The notes under the pieces: generated by a model | What the model was told of the DNA's origin: nothing | Seen by the model: only the letters and a program-made list of their open reading frames with translations | Database searches by the model: none | Shown here: positions 52,352 to 62,098 of the stretch, in pieces | Position numbering within the stretch: the stretch's first letter is position 1 | Layout of the letters: each line of letters opens with the position of its first letter | From: a virus | Lineage: Duplodnaviria; Caudoviricetes | Length of the DNA: 64,000 nt | IMG/VR virus record: IMGVR_UViG_3300027566_000007 | Coordinates: 1 to 64,000 of that record | Direction: 5' to 3' (one strand) | Made by a program: the position numbers and the translations under genes

Positions 52352-53095
52352 TTAGTTACCCCAGAAGTTAAACGTAACATTATTCAAATTTGCGTTCTTG
52401 AAATCAAACCAATACTGCTTAACAGTATCAATAATTCCTTGATTATTAATAGTGCCATTCGAATCTGTCACATTTGTACTAATAGTGGTATTTTCAAGTT
52501 TGTTAGTCTCAACTGAACTATTATCTGATCCAACCATCACGATTTTTTCGTTATCATGAGATTCTTCAGGCACAACGACCACTACAGGCTGTGTACTCTC
52601 ATTGACCTCTACGCTCTCAACTGGTATACCTGTTTCATTCTCGGCTGGCGCATTCCCAAAGTAACTTTGTACAATGCCAAATGAGCATACTCCAGATATC
52701 GCACATTTCCCCTGAGCTGGCTCATACCAATCTGTATAATACATTCTCTTGTCGTTGCCTGTAAAGCTTGTTACTTCTTTCTTCTGCGGTCCAAACCATC
52801 CATAATAAGCTTCATATCCTTTCTTATTAGGAGCTGCTGGATAGAATACATTCAGGTACACCGGAGCATGTTTCGTGAAATTAAGTTGTCTTATATCGCA
52901 GTTCCAGTTGTAGTTTTCAGAGACATATTGACCGATTTCACAGGCAAGCTGGAGAGAATTGTTTTGGCCGCCGAGATCGTAGTTATTCATTACGTCGCTT
53001 ACTTCGTTCGTTTCAGGAGTTACACTCGCAGAGGTTGCGATACTTGAAGTAAACAAAATAAAAATAAAAAAAGATGAAATAACTTTTATATTCAT
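52352..53095 (-). CDS. Secreted hypothetical protein
   Basis: N-terminal signal peptide; T/N/S-rich C-terminus. Confidence 0.6.
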   Translation of the reverse strand: MNIKVISSFFIFILFTSSIATSASVTPETNEVSDVMNNYDLGGQNNSLQLACEIGQYVSENYNWNCDIRQLNFTKHAPVYLNVFYPAAPNKKGYEAYYGWFGPQKKEVTSFTGNDKRMYYTDWYEPAQGKCAISGVCSFGIVQSYFGNAPAENETGIPVESVEVNESTQPVVVVVPEESHDNEKIVMVGSDNSSVETNKLENTTISTNVTDSNGTINNQGIIDTVKQYWFDFKNANLNNVTFNFWGN

Positions 53096-53254
53096 ATTAT
53101 TCCTCCTATTTACATATTCATTACTGAAAAAATAATGTAAGTGAATATAAAAGTTATCGAGGCCGTCCAGAAAACAAGTTTTCCCGCTTCCTTTGCGAAT
53201 AATACCTTTACTTCGGCAGGTGTAAACATAACATCTCCATTATCTGAGATCATT

Positions 53255-53839
53255 TTATACCTCCATATTATCCAGGAAACACTTATCAAGCTCGTTTTGA
53301 ACTTCTTTAAGAGTTACACTGTCTTTAGTTTTTAGATACTCCATGAAAGCTTCCTTTCGTTCTTCTACTGAAAGATTAGATTCCGATTTGATTGATACTT
53401 CTTTACTTTCTGAAACTTCTTCCTTACAGTTTCCATCTCTACACGTTTCCTTATCTGATTCCTCATCTTTTGAGTCTCCAATAGTACCTTTATAACTGTC
53501 CTTTGTTGAATACCCCTTGAGGGTCGAGGGTATAACAATTCCCCCATCTTTCACGTAGATACTTCCATATCCTTTAGGGTTAGTATCAGTATAATAAAGT
53601 GCAATTGCGGCCTTACTTCCAGAGCAACTTGAACATTCAAGAAGATCGGCGTTCCAGCTTTTGTGGTCTGATTTTACCTTTTCAAATATATCAGACGCTG
53701 AAGAGCCTTTCATTTCGGTTACAAAGGTGTTTACTTCTTCTTTAGAAGGTAGTTTATCGTTACTTGTCGCTGTTGCCGTAATAGCAAACAGAGCACATAG
53801 GATGCATATAAAAACAAGTGCTTTGGTTATTGATTTCAT
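53255..53839 (-). CDS. Secreted hypothetical protein (possible distant paralog of 52352..53095)
   Basis: Signal peptide; EV..../WN.D/Y spacing similar. Confidence 0.55.
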   Translation of the reverse strand: MKSITKALVFICILCALFAITATATSNDKLPSKEEVNTFVTEMKGSSASDIFEKVKSDHKSWNADLLECSSCSGSKAAIALYYTDTNPKGYGSIYVKDGGIVIPSTLKGYSTKDSYKGTIGDSKDEESDKETCRDGNCKEEVSESKEVSIKSESNLSVEERKEAFMEYLKTKDSVTLKEVQNELDKCFLDNMEV

Positions 53840-53927
53840 TTAAATTCCTCAGTTTGAATATATTGAAAAATTTCAATTTTCAGGGAATCGTTGTTCATGA
53901 TTTTCAAGTCTGGTTGTTTCATTTATC

Positions 53928-54476
53928 TCAATCATTTTTTCGTTCTCTAATTATCAACTCCCTCTTTTCTTTATCATAATAAGCTTCAAGTAAAGTAGAA
54001 TTATCAAAAGGCAGGATTGAAGAAAAGTCATTATTCATAGTTATTCTACTTATATAATTTCCATGTACAGTATGTACTCTATTATAATTAACTAAAGCTG
54101 TAACTCCGTTATTCGTTTCCATCTGTTCAAAATCATTTTTTAAAATTTTTGGAAAATTAAAATCACTAGTCTTATATTCATTTGGATAAGATGTATTATC
54201 TTCATCAATGTCTGGATTTATAGCCCCATTATCACCTATTATTACCGATTGCTGTGCTAACCACAATAAAGCAGCTTTGTTTATATCTTTCATTTTCTCA
54301 AATTTGTAGCTACTATGCCAAAATTTATTATGTATCTCTTTTGGAATATATAAACAAATACGTTTGTCTGTTGGTAAATTTAGATGATGGTAATGAGAAT
54401 TTTCAAATTTTTGATTTAATACTATTTCCTCACATATCAAAAGATAATCTCCTAATACGTTATTAATTTTATACAA
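53928..54476 (-). CDS. His-rich nuclease-like domain plus AbrB-like C-terminus
   Basis: YHHL...IPKEIH...H...M..IN..A..W motif shared with 62095..62931. Confidence 0.45.
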   Translation of the reverse strand: MYKINNVLGDYLLICEEIVLNQKFENSHYHHLNLPTDKRICLYIPKEIHNKFWHSSYKFEKMKDINKAALLWLAQQSVIIGDNGAINPDIDEDNTSYPNEYKTSDFNFPKILKNDFEQMETNNGVTALVNYNRVHTVHGNYISRITMNNDFSSILPFDNSTLLEAYYDKEKRELIIRERKND

Positions 54477-54646
54477 ATCTCTTTCTTCTCTTTGTCAAAA
54501 CGCACATTCATTGGAACGTCGACTGGTAATCCAAATTTTTGAAAAATCTCAGGTGGAATGTATATATTTCCTGCACCGGGTTTATGTTTGATTGCTCTAA
54601 TGGCAGTGGTAAACAGAATTTCTGTGTCATTTTCTAGATAATTCAT
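54452..54646 (-). CDS. AbrB-like DNA-binding protein
   Basis: NIYIPPEIFQKFGL...VRFDKEKKEICIK. Confidence 0.65.
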   Translation of the reverse strand: MNYLENDTEILFTTAIRAIKHKPGAGNIYIPPEIFQKFGLPVDVPMNVRFDKEKKEICIKLITY

Positions 54647-54689
54647 TGCTTCACCATGATTTTTCTATAGATTACTTAGTATGTTCTTA

Positions 54690-54735
54690 TATATATTTGT
54701 TTGTCTCTAGTCAACTTCAGACAAACAAATATATA
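54690..54735. promoter_or_regulatory. Perfect 17-bp inverted repeat between divergent operons
   Basis: TATATATTTGTTTGTCT-N12-AGACAAACAAATATATA. Confidence 0.75.
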
Positions 54736-55062
54736 CATAGACGACTAATTTACAGTACCTATAAAAAATAAACTGTTAAACAGAGGTAAAATAATGAAAA
54801 TATTTGAAAAGAATAACACAATGACAAGCAAGCCTTGCAAGCCATGTGGTGGAGACGTTGAAAATTACTTTGATGACAATTTCAAGGAAAAAGAGCAGGA
54901 AATCAAAAACGGTAGAAGATAAGGTGAGAAAATGAGCAAACACGAAGATGCACAATATAAAAAATTAAGTCAAAAAATGTCTAACACAGTCAGTGACCGT
55001 GAATATGGCGGGCAGATGAATAAATTAGCAGACCGTGACCTGAAAAATATGAGGCAGAGAAA

Positions 55063-55536
55063 ATGAAAGTAGGAAAAATATTCACATTGTTTTTAGTTTC
55101 AATGCTTTTCCTTTCGATTAGCATTGGAACGGTAATGGCAAGCAGTGATGAAGAAGACAAAGAACTTGTCATAAAAGACGACAGTGGTAATGTTAAAGAA
55201 GATTCCACAGGAAACGCTGGAAAAATTCCCGAAATTGGTAATCTAAGTACACCATCCACGGCTGAAGACATAACAGGCGACCTCGGGATTTTATCAGGAC
55301 TTGGGGATTTTATTATAAAGTACGCAGTTCAAATAACAATTTTTGTTATGGTGTTGGCAGCTGTGATTCTTAATCTTAGGGGCTCGTGGGCTCGTGGTAA
55401 TAACAATCTGGATGACGCAGTTACTGCTCAAAAGAATCAAAAAGGTCTACTCGAAGACGGTATCTATGTAATGGCCGTGCTTTTGTTTATTTTCTGCGTT
55501 TTTGCGCCTTTCGTTAAAAGCTTCATTCAGCAATGA
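55063..55536 (+). CDS. VirB2/TrbC-like pilin candidate
   Basis: Leader peptide plus two hydrophobic helices separated by a short polar loop; first large gene of operon. Confidence 0.5.
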   Translation: MKVGKIFTLFLVSMLFLSISIGTVMASSDEEDKELVIKDDSGNVKEDSTGNAGKIPEIGNLSTPSTAEDITGDLGILSGLGDFIIKYAVQITIFVMVLAAVILNLRGSWARGNNNLDDAVTAQKNQKGLLEDGIYVMAVLLFIFCVFAPFVKSFIQQ

Positions 55537-55546
55537 GGAATGTACA

Positions 55547-55753
55547 ATGGATGAAAGAGCAAGAGAGGACATGATTATAGGGGTCGCTGCCTGCATTGAA
55601 GCCAATCATTGCGCTATCAAACGTGATGACATCTATAAAAAGTTCAAGAATACTAAGCGTGAGGAGTTGAAGTACATAATCGAGATCATGAAGGATCGCA
55701 GGATGCTTCAGTATGATGAAAATAGAGATTTGTACAGACTAATTATCAGATGA
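55547..55753 (+). CDS. Small winged-helix-like protein
   Basis: REELKYIIEIMKDRRMLQYDE. Confidence 0.45.
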   Translation: MDERAREDMIIGVAACIEANHCAIKRDDIYKKFKNTKREELKYIIEIMKDRRMLQYDENRDLYRLIIR

Positions 55754-55921
55754 ATTTGAATGACAAAAGAGGTTATAATATGGCTATAAAACTCGGAAAA
55801 TGGGATATACAGACAATAGAACACGGTGGAGAAATCAAAAAATTCGAACGTGTGAGGCTTGGATCAGTCTGGACTCCTGTATGTAAATCTTCTAAAGAGA
55901 AAACAAAGCGTTCGTGATCAG

Positions 55922-57355
55922 ATGAATGTTTTTCGTCTCTCTGCAATTCTTATTTTTTTACTGGTTTTTGGCTCACAGGTAGCCTATGCAGGAGACGAAC
56001 AGATCACGTTAAGTCCTGATGGATCTCATTCTAATCAAAACCAAATAAACAAAGCTTTTGAGCAGGGTAATGTCTACCTCAAAGCCGGTGTTTATGAGGT
56101 CGATAATACTATTATAATAGGCTCAGATCGTGTTTTAACTGGAGATCCGGACGCTATTATTAGAGTTTATTCTGGATCATCACAATGGTTTACAGGCGCT
56201 ACAGGTGTGATAAGTTGCTCTGGAATCGTTGATAACATCGAAATTTCAAATATCCAAATTGATGGAAATATAGGCAGTCTGCCGAAAAGTTATGCAAATT
56301 CAAGAGCGGATACAGACCACGATTGCGAAAAATTAATAATACTCCGTGGTTCATCAACCCAGTTTGCAAAAAACATCAAGATCCATAACCTTAAACTTTA
56401 TAATTCTTTTTCAGATGGTATTTATATAATTTTTGGCGAGAACATCCAATGTTATGACAATTTCATTAGCAATTGCCAGCATGAAGGTATTTATTACTCT
56501 TGCCTTAAAAATAGTGAGTTTTTCAGAAATAAAATAGCTGGTATATGCAGTGATGCAGCCAGGCTTGACAACTGTGTAAACTGCAAAGTACATGATAATT
56601 ACTTTTTTTCATACAATGGGGAAAGTTACGGCCAATATAAAGGCGGTCAAGCTGGTTTGCAAATTGCTAATGCAGGATCTAGTCACGGTTACGATGCTAG
56701 TAAAAAACCTCAAAAAACGGATAATGTTGAGGTATATAATAACGTGTTTGCAGACCCAGGGAGACAGGCTATCTGGCTGCATAATTATGATGGCAATGTG
56801 TATGTTCACGACAATTCATTTATTGATGCTGCCAGCCTTGAAACGCAGGGAATACCCGTAGGTGATATCTCAGTCGATAATCCTCCATCAGTTGAAACAT
56901 CAGAAAAAGTATTCACCAATATAATTGATTTTTTGAAACGTGATTACATTTTCCAATATCCAGCAGTTAAGCATGATTTTAAAGCCTCTGTGACTGTAAC
57001 AAGTCTCAACAGCTCTATAAAACAGTCTTCAACAGTGAGAGTATCAGGAAAACATCTCAGCGTTATAAAATTTGAGTATAATGGAATTACAACAAAGCAT
57101 TTCATTGAACGTAATATGTGGGTAGGGGAACTGTCTCACATAGGAAATGATCTTTATATCCCGGGAAAAATACAGCCTGAAAAATTACATATCACCGTAT
57201 ACGGCAAAGCTGGTTTTCAGAAAGTTGAAAATGTTAAGATCACTGAGGTTAGCTCTGCCGGAGTCAGTATTAACCCTAACTTTTTTATTTTCATTGCCGT
57301 TTTGGCAATCTGCGGTCTTTCAATAGCAAGAAATTTTAGGAGAATGATTCAATGA
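55922..57355 (+). CDS. Secreted, C-terminally anchored beta-helix (disaggregatase-like) protein
   Basis: Signal peptide MNVFRLSAILIFLLVFGSQVAYA; NQINKAF...IIIGSDRVLTGD..AII; PbH1 repeats; C-terminal TM. Confidence 0.7.
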   Translation: MNVFRLSAILIFLLVFGSQVAYAGDEQITLSPDGSHSNQNQINKAFEQGNVYLKAGVYEVDNTIIIGSDRVLTGDPDAIIRVYSGSSQWFTGATGVISCSGIVDNIEISNIQIDGNIGSLPKSYANSRADTDHDCEKLIILRGSSTQFAKNIKIHNLKLYNSFSDGIYIIFGENIQCYDNFISNCQHEGIYYSCLKNSEFFRNKIAGICSDAARLDNCVNCKVHDNYFFSYNGESYGQYKGGQAGLQIANAGSSHGYDASKKPQKTDNVEVYNNVFADPGRQAIWLHNYDGNVYVHDNSFIDAASLETQGIPVGDISVDNPPSVETSEKVFTNIIDFLKRDYIFQYPAVKHDFKASVTVTSLNSSIKQSSTVRVSGKHLSVIKFEYNGITTKHFIERNMWVGELSHIGNDLYIPGKIQPEKLHITVYGKAGFQKVENVKITEVSSAGVSINPNFFIFIAVLAICGLSIARNFRRMIQ

Positions 57356-58437
57356 TAAAAAGAGCGATAGCACTGACATTTTGTTTATTACTTTTATGTA
57401 GTTATGTAGCGGCTGCTGCTACGAACACTAACTTAACCGACTCAAAACACACCAGTAATGACAGCAAAGACAAACAGGCAACATCCCAAGGAAAGGTTAC
57501 CAGTCTATCAAATTCGACAGAAAACAGTAAAAACAATTCATCGAGCTCAGATTCAAATATCAAATCCGAAGAAGTGGATAATGGTAATTTCTTAACCAAT
57601 GCGGTTTCGTCTGGTATAGCCCTCTTTCTTAAGGGGCTATTCGATGGCATGTATACTGATGTATATGCAGACGGGTATGGCCCAGGAGAAACAGGCACTA
57701 TAACAAACGGCACTGAGTACACAAATTCTACGTATGATGGTATTTATACAGCCATAACAAGCGTCCCACATCCATATGAAGATGATAAAATAGTTAAACT
57801 ATATGGTGGATACCTGAACCTAACACTATTTTGCATCTCAATTTTCGTTTTTGGCGCACTAACCAGCCGAAGTATTGCGCGGATGAAACTTAACAAAAAC
57901 CTAAATTTAACACAGTCGGCTTTCGTTGGTGGAATTGCAACTTGTCTTTTTGCGCTGGTTACAAATATTATCTACGCTGGCATACTGGATACAATCGAAG
58001 TACTTAATAATTTTATAACACTTCCAGCAATGCCAGCACTGGCCCCAGACCCTAGCAATCTGTTATTGTGTATTGTACAGACATTTTGTGATTTGGTATT
58101 GTTTGTATTTTTCATTATCCGGTACTATATCTTATATATTGTCGCGGTTGGTTGCTCAATTATTGCGGTTCTTCTCGTTCCAGAATTCACCAGGGACTTT
58201 TCAGAAAAATGCCTTGAAAAAATAGCTAGAATTCTTGCACTTCAACCAGCCGCCCTTTTCGTGTACGTAGTCTGTGTAATTTCTGCGGATAGTCTACCTG
58301 GTAGCTTAAAAGCATTTGCGCATATCGGGACAACTGTAATGGTTTCCGTGACATGTTGGTATTTCATGTTTGGAAATTTTACACTCTTGAAAAGAGGAAT
58401 ATCATACACAGTTAGGAAAGGAGTTGGAAAAATATGA
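57352..58437 (+). CDS. VirB6/TrbL-like polytopic membrane protein
   Basis: Signal peptide, S/N-rich spacer, about 6 TM helices, FIIRYYILYIVAVGCSIIAVL segment. Confidence 0.6.
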   Translation: MIKRAIALTFCLLLLCSYVAAAATNTNLTDSKHTSNDSKDKQATSQGKVTSLSNSTENSKNNSSSSDSNIKSEEVDNGNFLTNAVSSGIALFLKGLFDGMYTDVYADGYGPGETGTITNGTEYTNSTYDGIYTAITSVPHPYEDDKIVKLYGGYLNLTLFCISIFVFGALTSRSIARMKLNKNLNLTQSAFVGGIATCLFALVTNIIYAGILDTIEVLNNFITLPAMPALAPDPSNLLLCIVQTFCDLVLFVFFIIRYYILYIVAVGCSIIAVLLVPEFTRDFSEKCLEKIARILALQPAALFVYVVCVISADSLPGSLKAFAHIGTTVMVSVTCWYFMFGNFTLLKRGISYTVRKGVGKI

Positions 58438-59342
58438 ACAACGACACACCTTATGGACAGCCTAAAGCGCCGGTAACGATTACAAAAATAAAATCAGACA
58501 GATTCCTAGATTTGACCAATTTACATACCTGGATTATGTTTATCGCTATTGGTCTATGTATGTACTTTTTCAAAATGATTGCTTTGTCTACTTTGGATGC
58601 AGACCGGTTAATGTATGCATCATTACTTCTATTGGTAGTGTTTTTATGGGTAAAATACTTCAGAAACGATGAACTTGTAGAATTTCAGAAAGACCGGTTT
58701 ATATTTTTCATTGCAGACATTAGGGGAAAGCATGTTATTGATGCCTTCTCCGAGCAACTTAAAACACTGATGAAAATTATCTCAATAGCAGCTATTCACG
58801 AAGGTGGTATTATAGAATTCCAGAGCAATCAAAGCGGTTTTATTCACTGGTTAAAAAGACTCTTTAAACTCGAAGTTAGAAAGCCTAATGAATTTGGAGT
58901 ACTTTTTGAAACTTTTCCACCCAGGATATCAGATGAGTATCGAGAAATCCACGAGGCAAAGCAGGAAAAGGTTGTTAACGGTCTTCCTGTGAACACTCTA
59001 TATGAGAGTATAGCCTGCTCTGTTTTGGAGCCAAAGAAACCGGTACTTCAGTATCTTTTAGAGCTTCAAAAAACATCAGGTGGTAAAGCAAACGATCAGC
59101 TTCTTGCAGACATGTATCTGCAGATTAGCCAGGACGAAGACCAGGTCATAAGCTGGAGATATTTTAAGTTCTTAAGTCTTGGTCAACAAAAAAATATTGA
59201 AGCAGCCAGAATACAGTTTGGAGCCGTAGTCCCTGGTTTGCTCCATAGTATGTCAGCAGCATCATTACACCCCACTGTTTTGACAGACGAATGGGACATA
59301 ATCAATGCATACCAAATAATGTTAGGGGAGGTTTCTATATGA
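58434..59342 (+). CDS. VirB3/PrgI-like two-TM protein with cytoplasmic domain
   Basis: Two N-terminal TMs; directly upstream of VirB4-like ATPase. Confidence 0.5.
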   Translation: MNNDTPYGQPKAPVTITKIKSDRFLDLTNLHTWIMFIAIGLCMYFFKMIALSTLDADRLMYASLLLLVVFLWVKYFRNDELVEFQKDRFIFFIADIRGKHVIDAFSEQLKTLMKIISIAAIHEGGIIEFQSNQSGFIHWLKRLFKLEVRKPNEFGVLFETFPPRISDEYREIHEAKQEKVVNGLPVNTLYESIACSVLEPKKPVLQYLLELQKTSGGKANDQLLADMYLQISQDEDQVISWRYFKFLSLGQQKNIEAARIQFGAVVPGLLHSMSAASLHPTVLTDEWDIINAYQIMLGEVSI

Positions 59343-61858
59343 GCCTTTTTAAGAGCCTTAGAAGAAGCTGGAAGAAAGCAGGTGAAAAGGCTGTCGATCT
59401 TTCCTGGAATAGATCTTATGCTAAGAAAATACTGCCATCAAGAATCGAGATCTTCGATACGAACCTGCTTTTTAATCAAAGAACGGTAGTTAGGTGTCTG
59501 GTGTGTGGAACTGAAATGCATTCTGGTGCAGAAGGATACCCTAGGAATTTTTCGAGCCGAACTATGGAAGCAATACAGGCTATAAGCTTCCAGGGTGTCA
59601 AAATTATGATGTCAACTGGCCTGATTCAAATCCCAGGTGGTAGGACGAAAGAGGTGCTGCAAAGAGCTAACTTTGATGCCGAGAAGCAACAGCTTGTTAA
59701 TCAGTTGGAAAAAGCAGGCAGTAAAGATTTAGAATTAATGATGAAGTCAAACGATATAGTACAGAATTATTCAGAAATTTATCATAAAAATCAAAAAACA
59801 TTTCATGCAAGCTTGATAGTGGTTCTAAAAGGTCCACATAATAAGGTTTTCGAGGCAGAGAGTCAGATAATTAATATTATTCGCGGAGAAAGCATTGAAA
59901 TAGACATCCCAACAAGAAAACAAATGGAGATGCTGCAAACCGCTTTACCAGGTCCGGACTCTCATCCTCGTTCGTGGGTGGAAGTGAGAACTTCAGGAGC
60001 TGCAGTATTAACTTCTGCTACGAACCTCAACAGCCGGACAGATAACGAGGGGATGGTGTGGGGAAAAGACCTACTTACAAACAATCAGGTTGTTTTTGAT
60101 CTGGATAACCTGGCATCTAAACATATGGTCGTTTGTGGCCCCACCAGATCAGGGAAAACCTATGCTTTCATGATGCTACTTATGAGGCTTCTGTACCTGC
60201 GAAATGCAAGAGTAATATATACAACACCAAAGGGTGATATTGGCACGAATTACCGGTCTGTAGCTGGCTTCTTTGGGGAAAAAGGATGTGTAGCTGATAT
60301 TGGCCTAAATGGTACTGAGTATCTTAATCCCTTGGATATCCTGGTAGACGAAGAAAGTATCGGGAATTCCCCACAGGCGTATGCTAAAGCTTATGATCTA
60401 AAAAAGGACGTGTTAATTCATGCTCACCGTATCTGGTTAGGTAATGAATTTACTTCGAATATGGAAAGTTATCTTGATGAAAGTATGGATTGGGTTTATG
60501 AGCAAGCAAAGGTCTTCAGGGATGATCCGGCAAGTTTCAAAAATCAAATGCCTGTGTACAACAACATGAGGTATAAATGGGAACTTGACAAGGAAAATAA
60601 AAACTTAGGGACAAAAGCAAAAACAGCAGAGGCTCTTTATAACAAAAGTTATCAGTTTTCAGAAACAGGGCTGTTCAATAGGTACAATAACCAGACAAAA
60701 GGACTCAATTTAAACAAGGATTTCATTATTATTGACATGGCAGGAGTTCCAGAGGCAATTAAGCCATTCATGAGCGTAATAGTTAACGGCACACTTGCAA
60801 CCAGGTTTTCAACAGACGTTGAACGAGAGACTTATCTGGCAGTGGACGAAGGAGCAGTATACCTCAGGGATAAAGAGCTTGCAGGGAACCTTCTCAGGAC
60901 GCTTACACAGGGAGCCTCACATAAATTTTATTTATGGCTGGCTACTCAACAGGCAAGCGATTTCAAGAAGAATAATGTTTCAGAAGAATTCCAGGCCAAC
61001 ACTTTTATCAGTATTGTTTTAGGAAACAACTTAAAGGGCGCAGCCGTTAGGATAGCAAAAGACTATTTTGATCTTACCGACGAAGAGTGCTCAATTCTTG
61101 CAGGCTGCACAGTCGGAGAAGGTCTGCTACTCTTCGGAGATGAACGAGTACCTATCAGGTTTGAATCCACTCCAACTGAAAATAAGATCATCAAAGGTGA
61201 AGGGTATACAGGGGAAAATATTACGCCCGGTGTTGAATTTGCATTTAAGAAAGAATACAAGTGGTTAATAAACGAGCAAAGAATGGTACTTTCTGACTGG
61301 ATTGAAGGTGACCGTGACATATTATTACAACGTGGCTATGAAAAACACAAGGTAGCCAGAGTCAACAAACCAGGAAGGGTAGTAGCATTTTTCCCCAAAG
61401 GTGCGGTAATAAACGACAAAATGAGAATACCGCATATAGGGACCATGTCATTAGATCACTACGCTTCCGTGGTCCAAATTGGAGCACTCATGCAGGATGA
61501 AAAATTTGAGGAAATAACGATAAACCATAATGACGAGGAGGATTTACGCGGGAAAAAGAACGGAATAATACTGGCCATCGAGTACGAGAAAAAAGGATCT
61601 CATACTACTGAACAATTGCTAGAAAAGAAGCGTGCCGCGCTCGAAAAAGGCATGGAAGTAAGGTTTATATGCAGTTCGGAAGACTACCCATTCATTGCGG
61701 GCATCGTAGGAGAAGATTACTGCCTTCAGAGAGGGGCAGCCGTCGCCGAATTCTTACACAATTTCGGCAATCAGAAACCGATAACAGTAGAAACCCTTGT
61801 TTCTGAAACATTGGTGGAACTTACAGAAGAAACAGAGGCTTTAGAAGCCTTAGATTGA
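59339..61858 (+). CDS. virB4: VirB4-like conjugation ATPase with C-terminal nuclease-like domain
   Basis: FDLDN...HMVVCGPTRSGKT, LNPLD, LAVDEG, LATQQASDF, GEGLL; tail H...NH....DL...AIEYE. Confidence 0.8.
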   Translation: MSLFKSLRRSWKKAGEKAVDLSWNRSYAKKILPSRIEIFDTNLLFNQRTVVRCLVCGTEMHSGAEGYPRNFSSRTMEAIQAISFQGVKIMMSTGLIQIPGGRTKEVLQRANFDAEKQQLVNQLEKAGSKDLELMMKSNDIVQNYSEIYHKNQKTFHASLIVVLKGPHNKVFEAESQIINIIRGESIEIDIPTRKQMEMLQTALPGPDSHPRSWVEVRTSGAAVLTSATNLNSRTDNEGMVWGKDLLTNNQVVFDLDNLASKHMVVCGPTRSGKTYAFMMLLMRLLYLRNARVIYTTPKGDIGTNYRSVAGFFGEKGCVADIGLNGTEYLNPLDILVDEESIGNSPQAYAKAYDLKKDVLIHAHRIWLGNEFTSNMESYLDESMDWVYEQAKVFRDDPASFKNQMPVYNNMRYKWELDKENKNLGTKAKTAEALYNKSYQFSETGLFNRYNNQTKGLNLNKDFIIIDMAGVPEAIKPFMSVIVNGTLATRFSTDVERETYLAVDEGAVYLRDKELAGNLLRTLTQGASHKFYLWLATQQASDFKKNNVSEEFQANTFISIVLGNNLKGAAVRIAKDYFDLTDEECSILAGCTVGEGLLLFGDERVPIRFESTPTENKIIKGEGYTGENITPGVEFAFKKEYKWLINEQRMVLSDWIEGDRDILLQRGYEKHKVARVNKPGRVVAFFPKGAVINDKMRIPHIGTMSLDHYASVVQIGALMQDEKFEEITINHNDEEDLRGKKNGIILAIEYEKKGSHTTEQLLEKKRAALEKGMEVRFICSSEDYPFIAGIVGEDYCLQRGAAVAEFLHNFGNQKPITVETLVSETLVELTEETEALEALD

Positions 61859-61957
61859 AACGGTACATAGAGAGACACTCTATGTATTATACTAAAAACT
61901 ATCCACAGCAGGGCATTTTAAATACTATTATGACTATTACTATGTATGGATAGGAAA

Positions 61958-62098
61958 ATGATAAAATGTCCTGCGTGTGGGTATGAATGGATTTACAAAG
62001 GTAAAAAGTTAAAAATGATTGCCGAAGGAAAACGGGTTTATTTAACTTGCCCTACATGCAGGACTAATGTAAAAGTGGAGTCAAAAGAGGTTGAGTGA
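61958..62098 (+). CDS. Small Zn-ribbon protein (46 aa)
   Basis: CPACG...CPTCR. Confidence 0.6.
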   Translation: MIKCPACGYEWIYKGKKLKMIAEGKRVYLTCPTCRTNVKVESKEVE

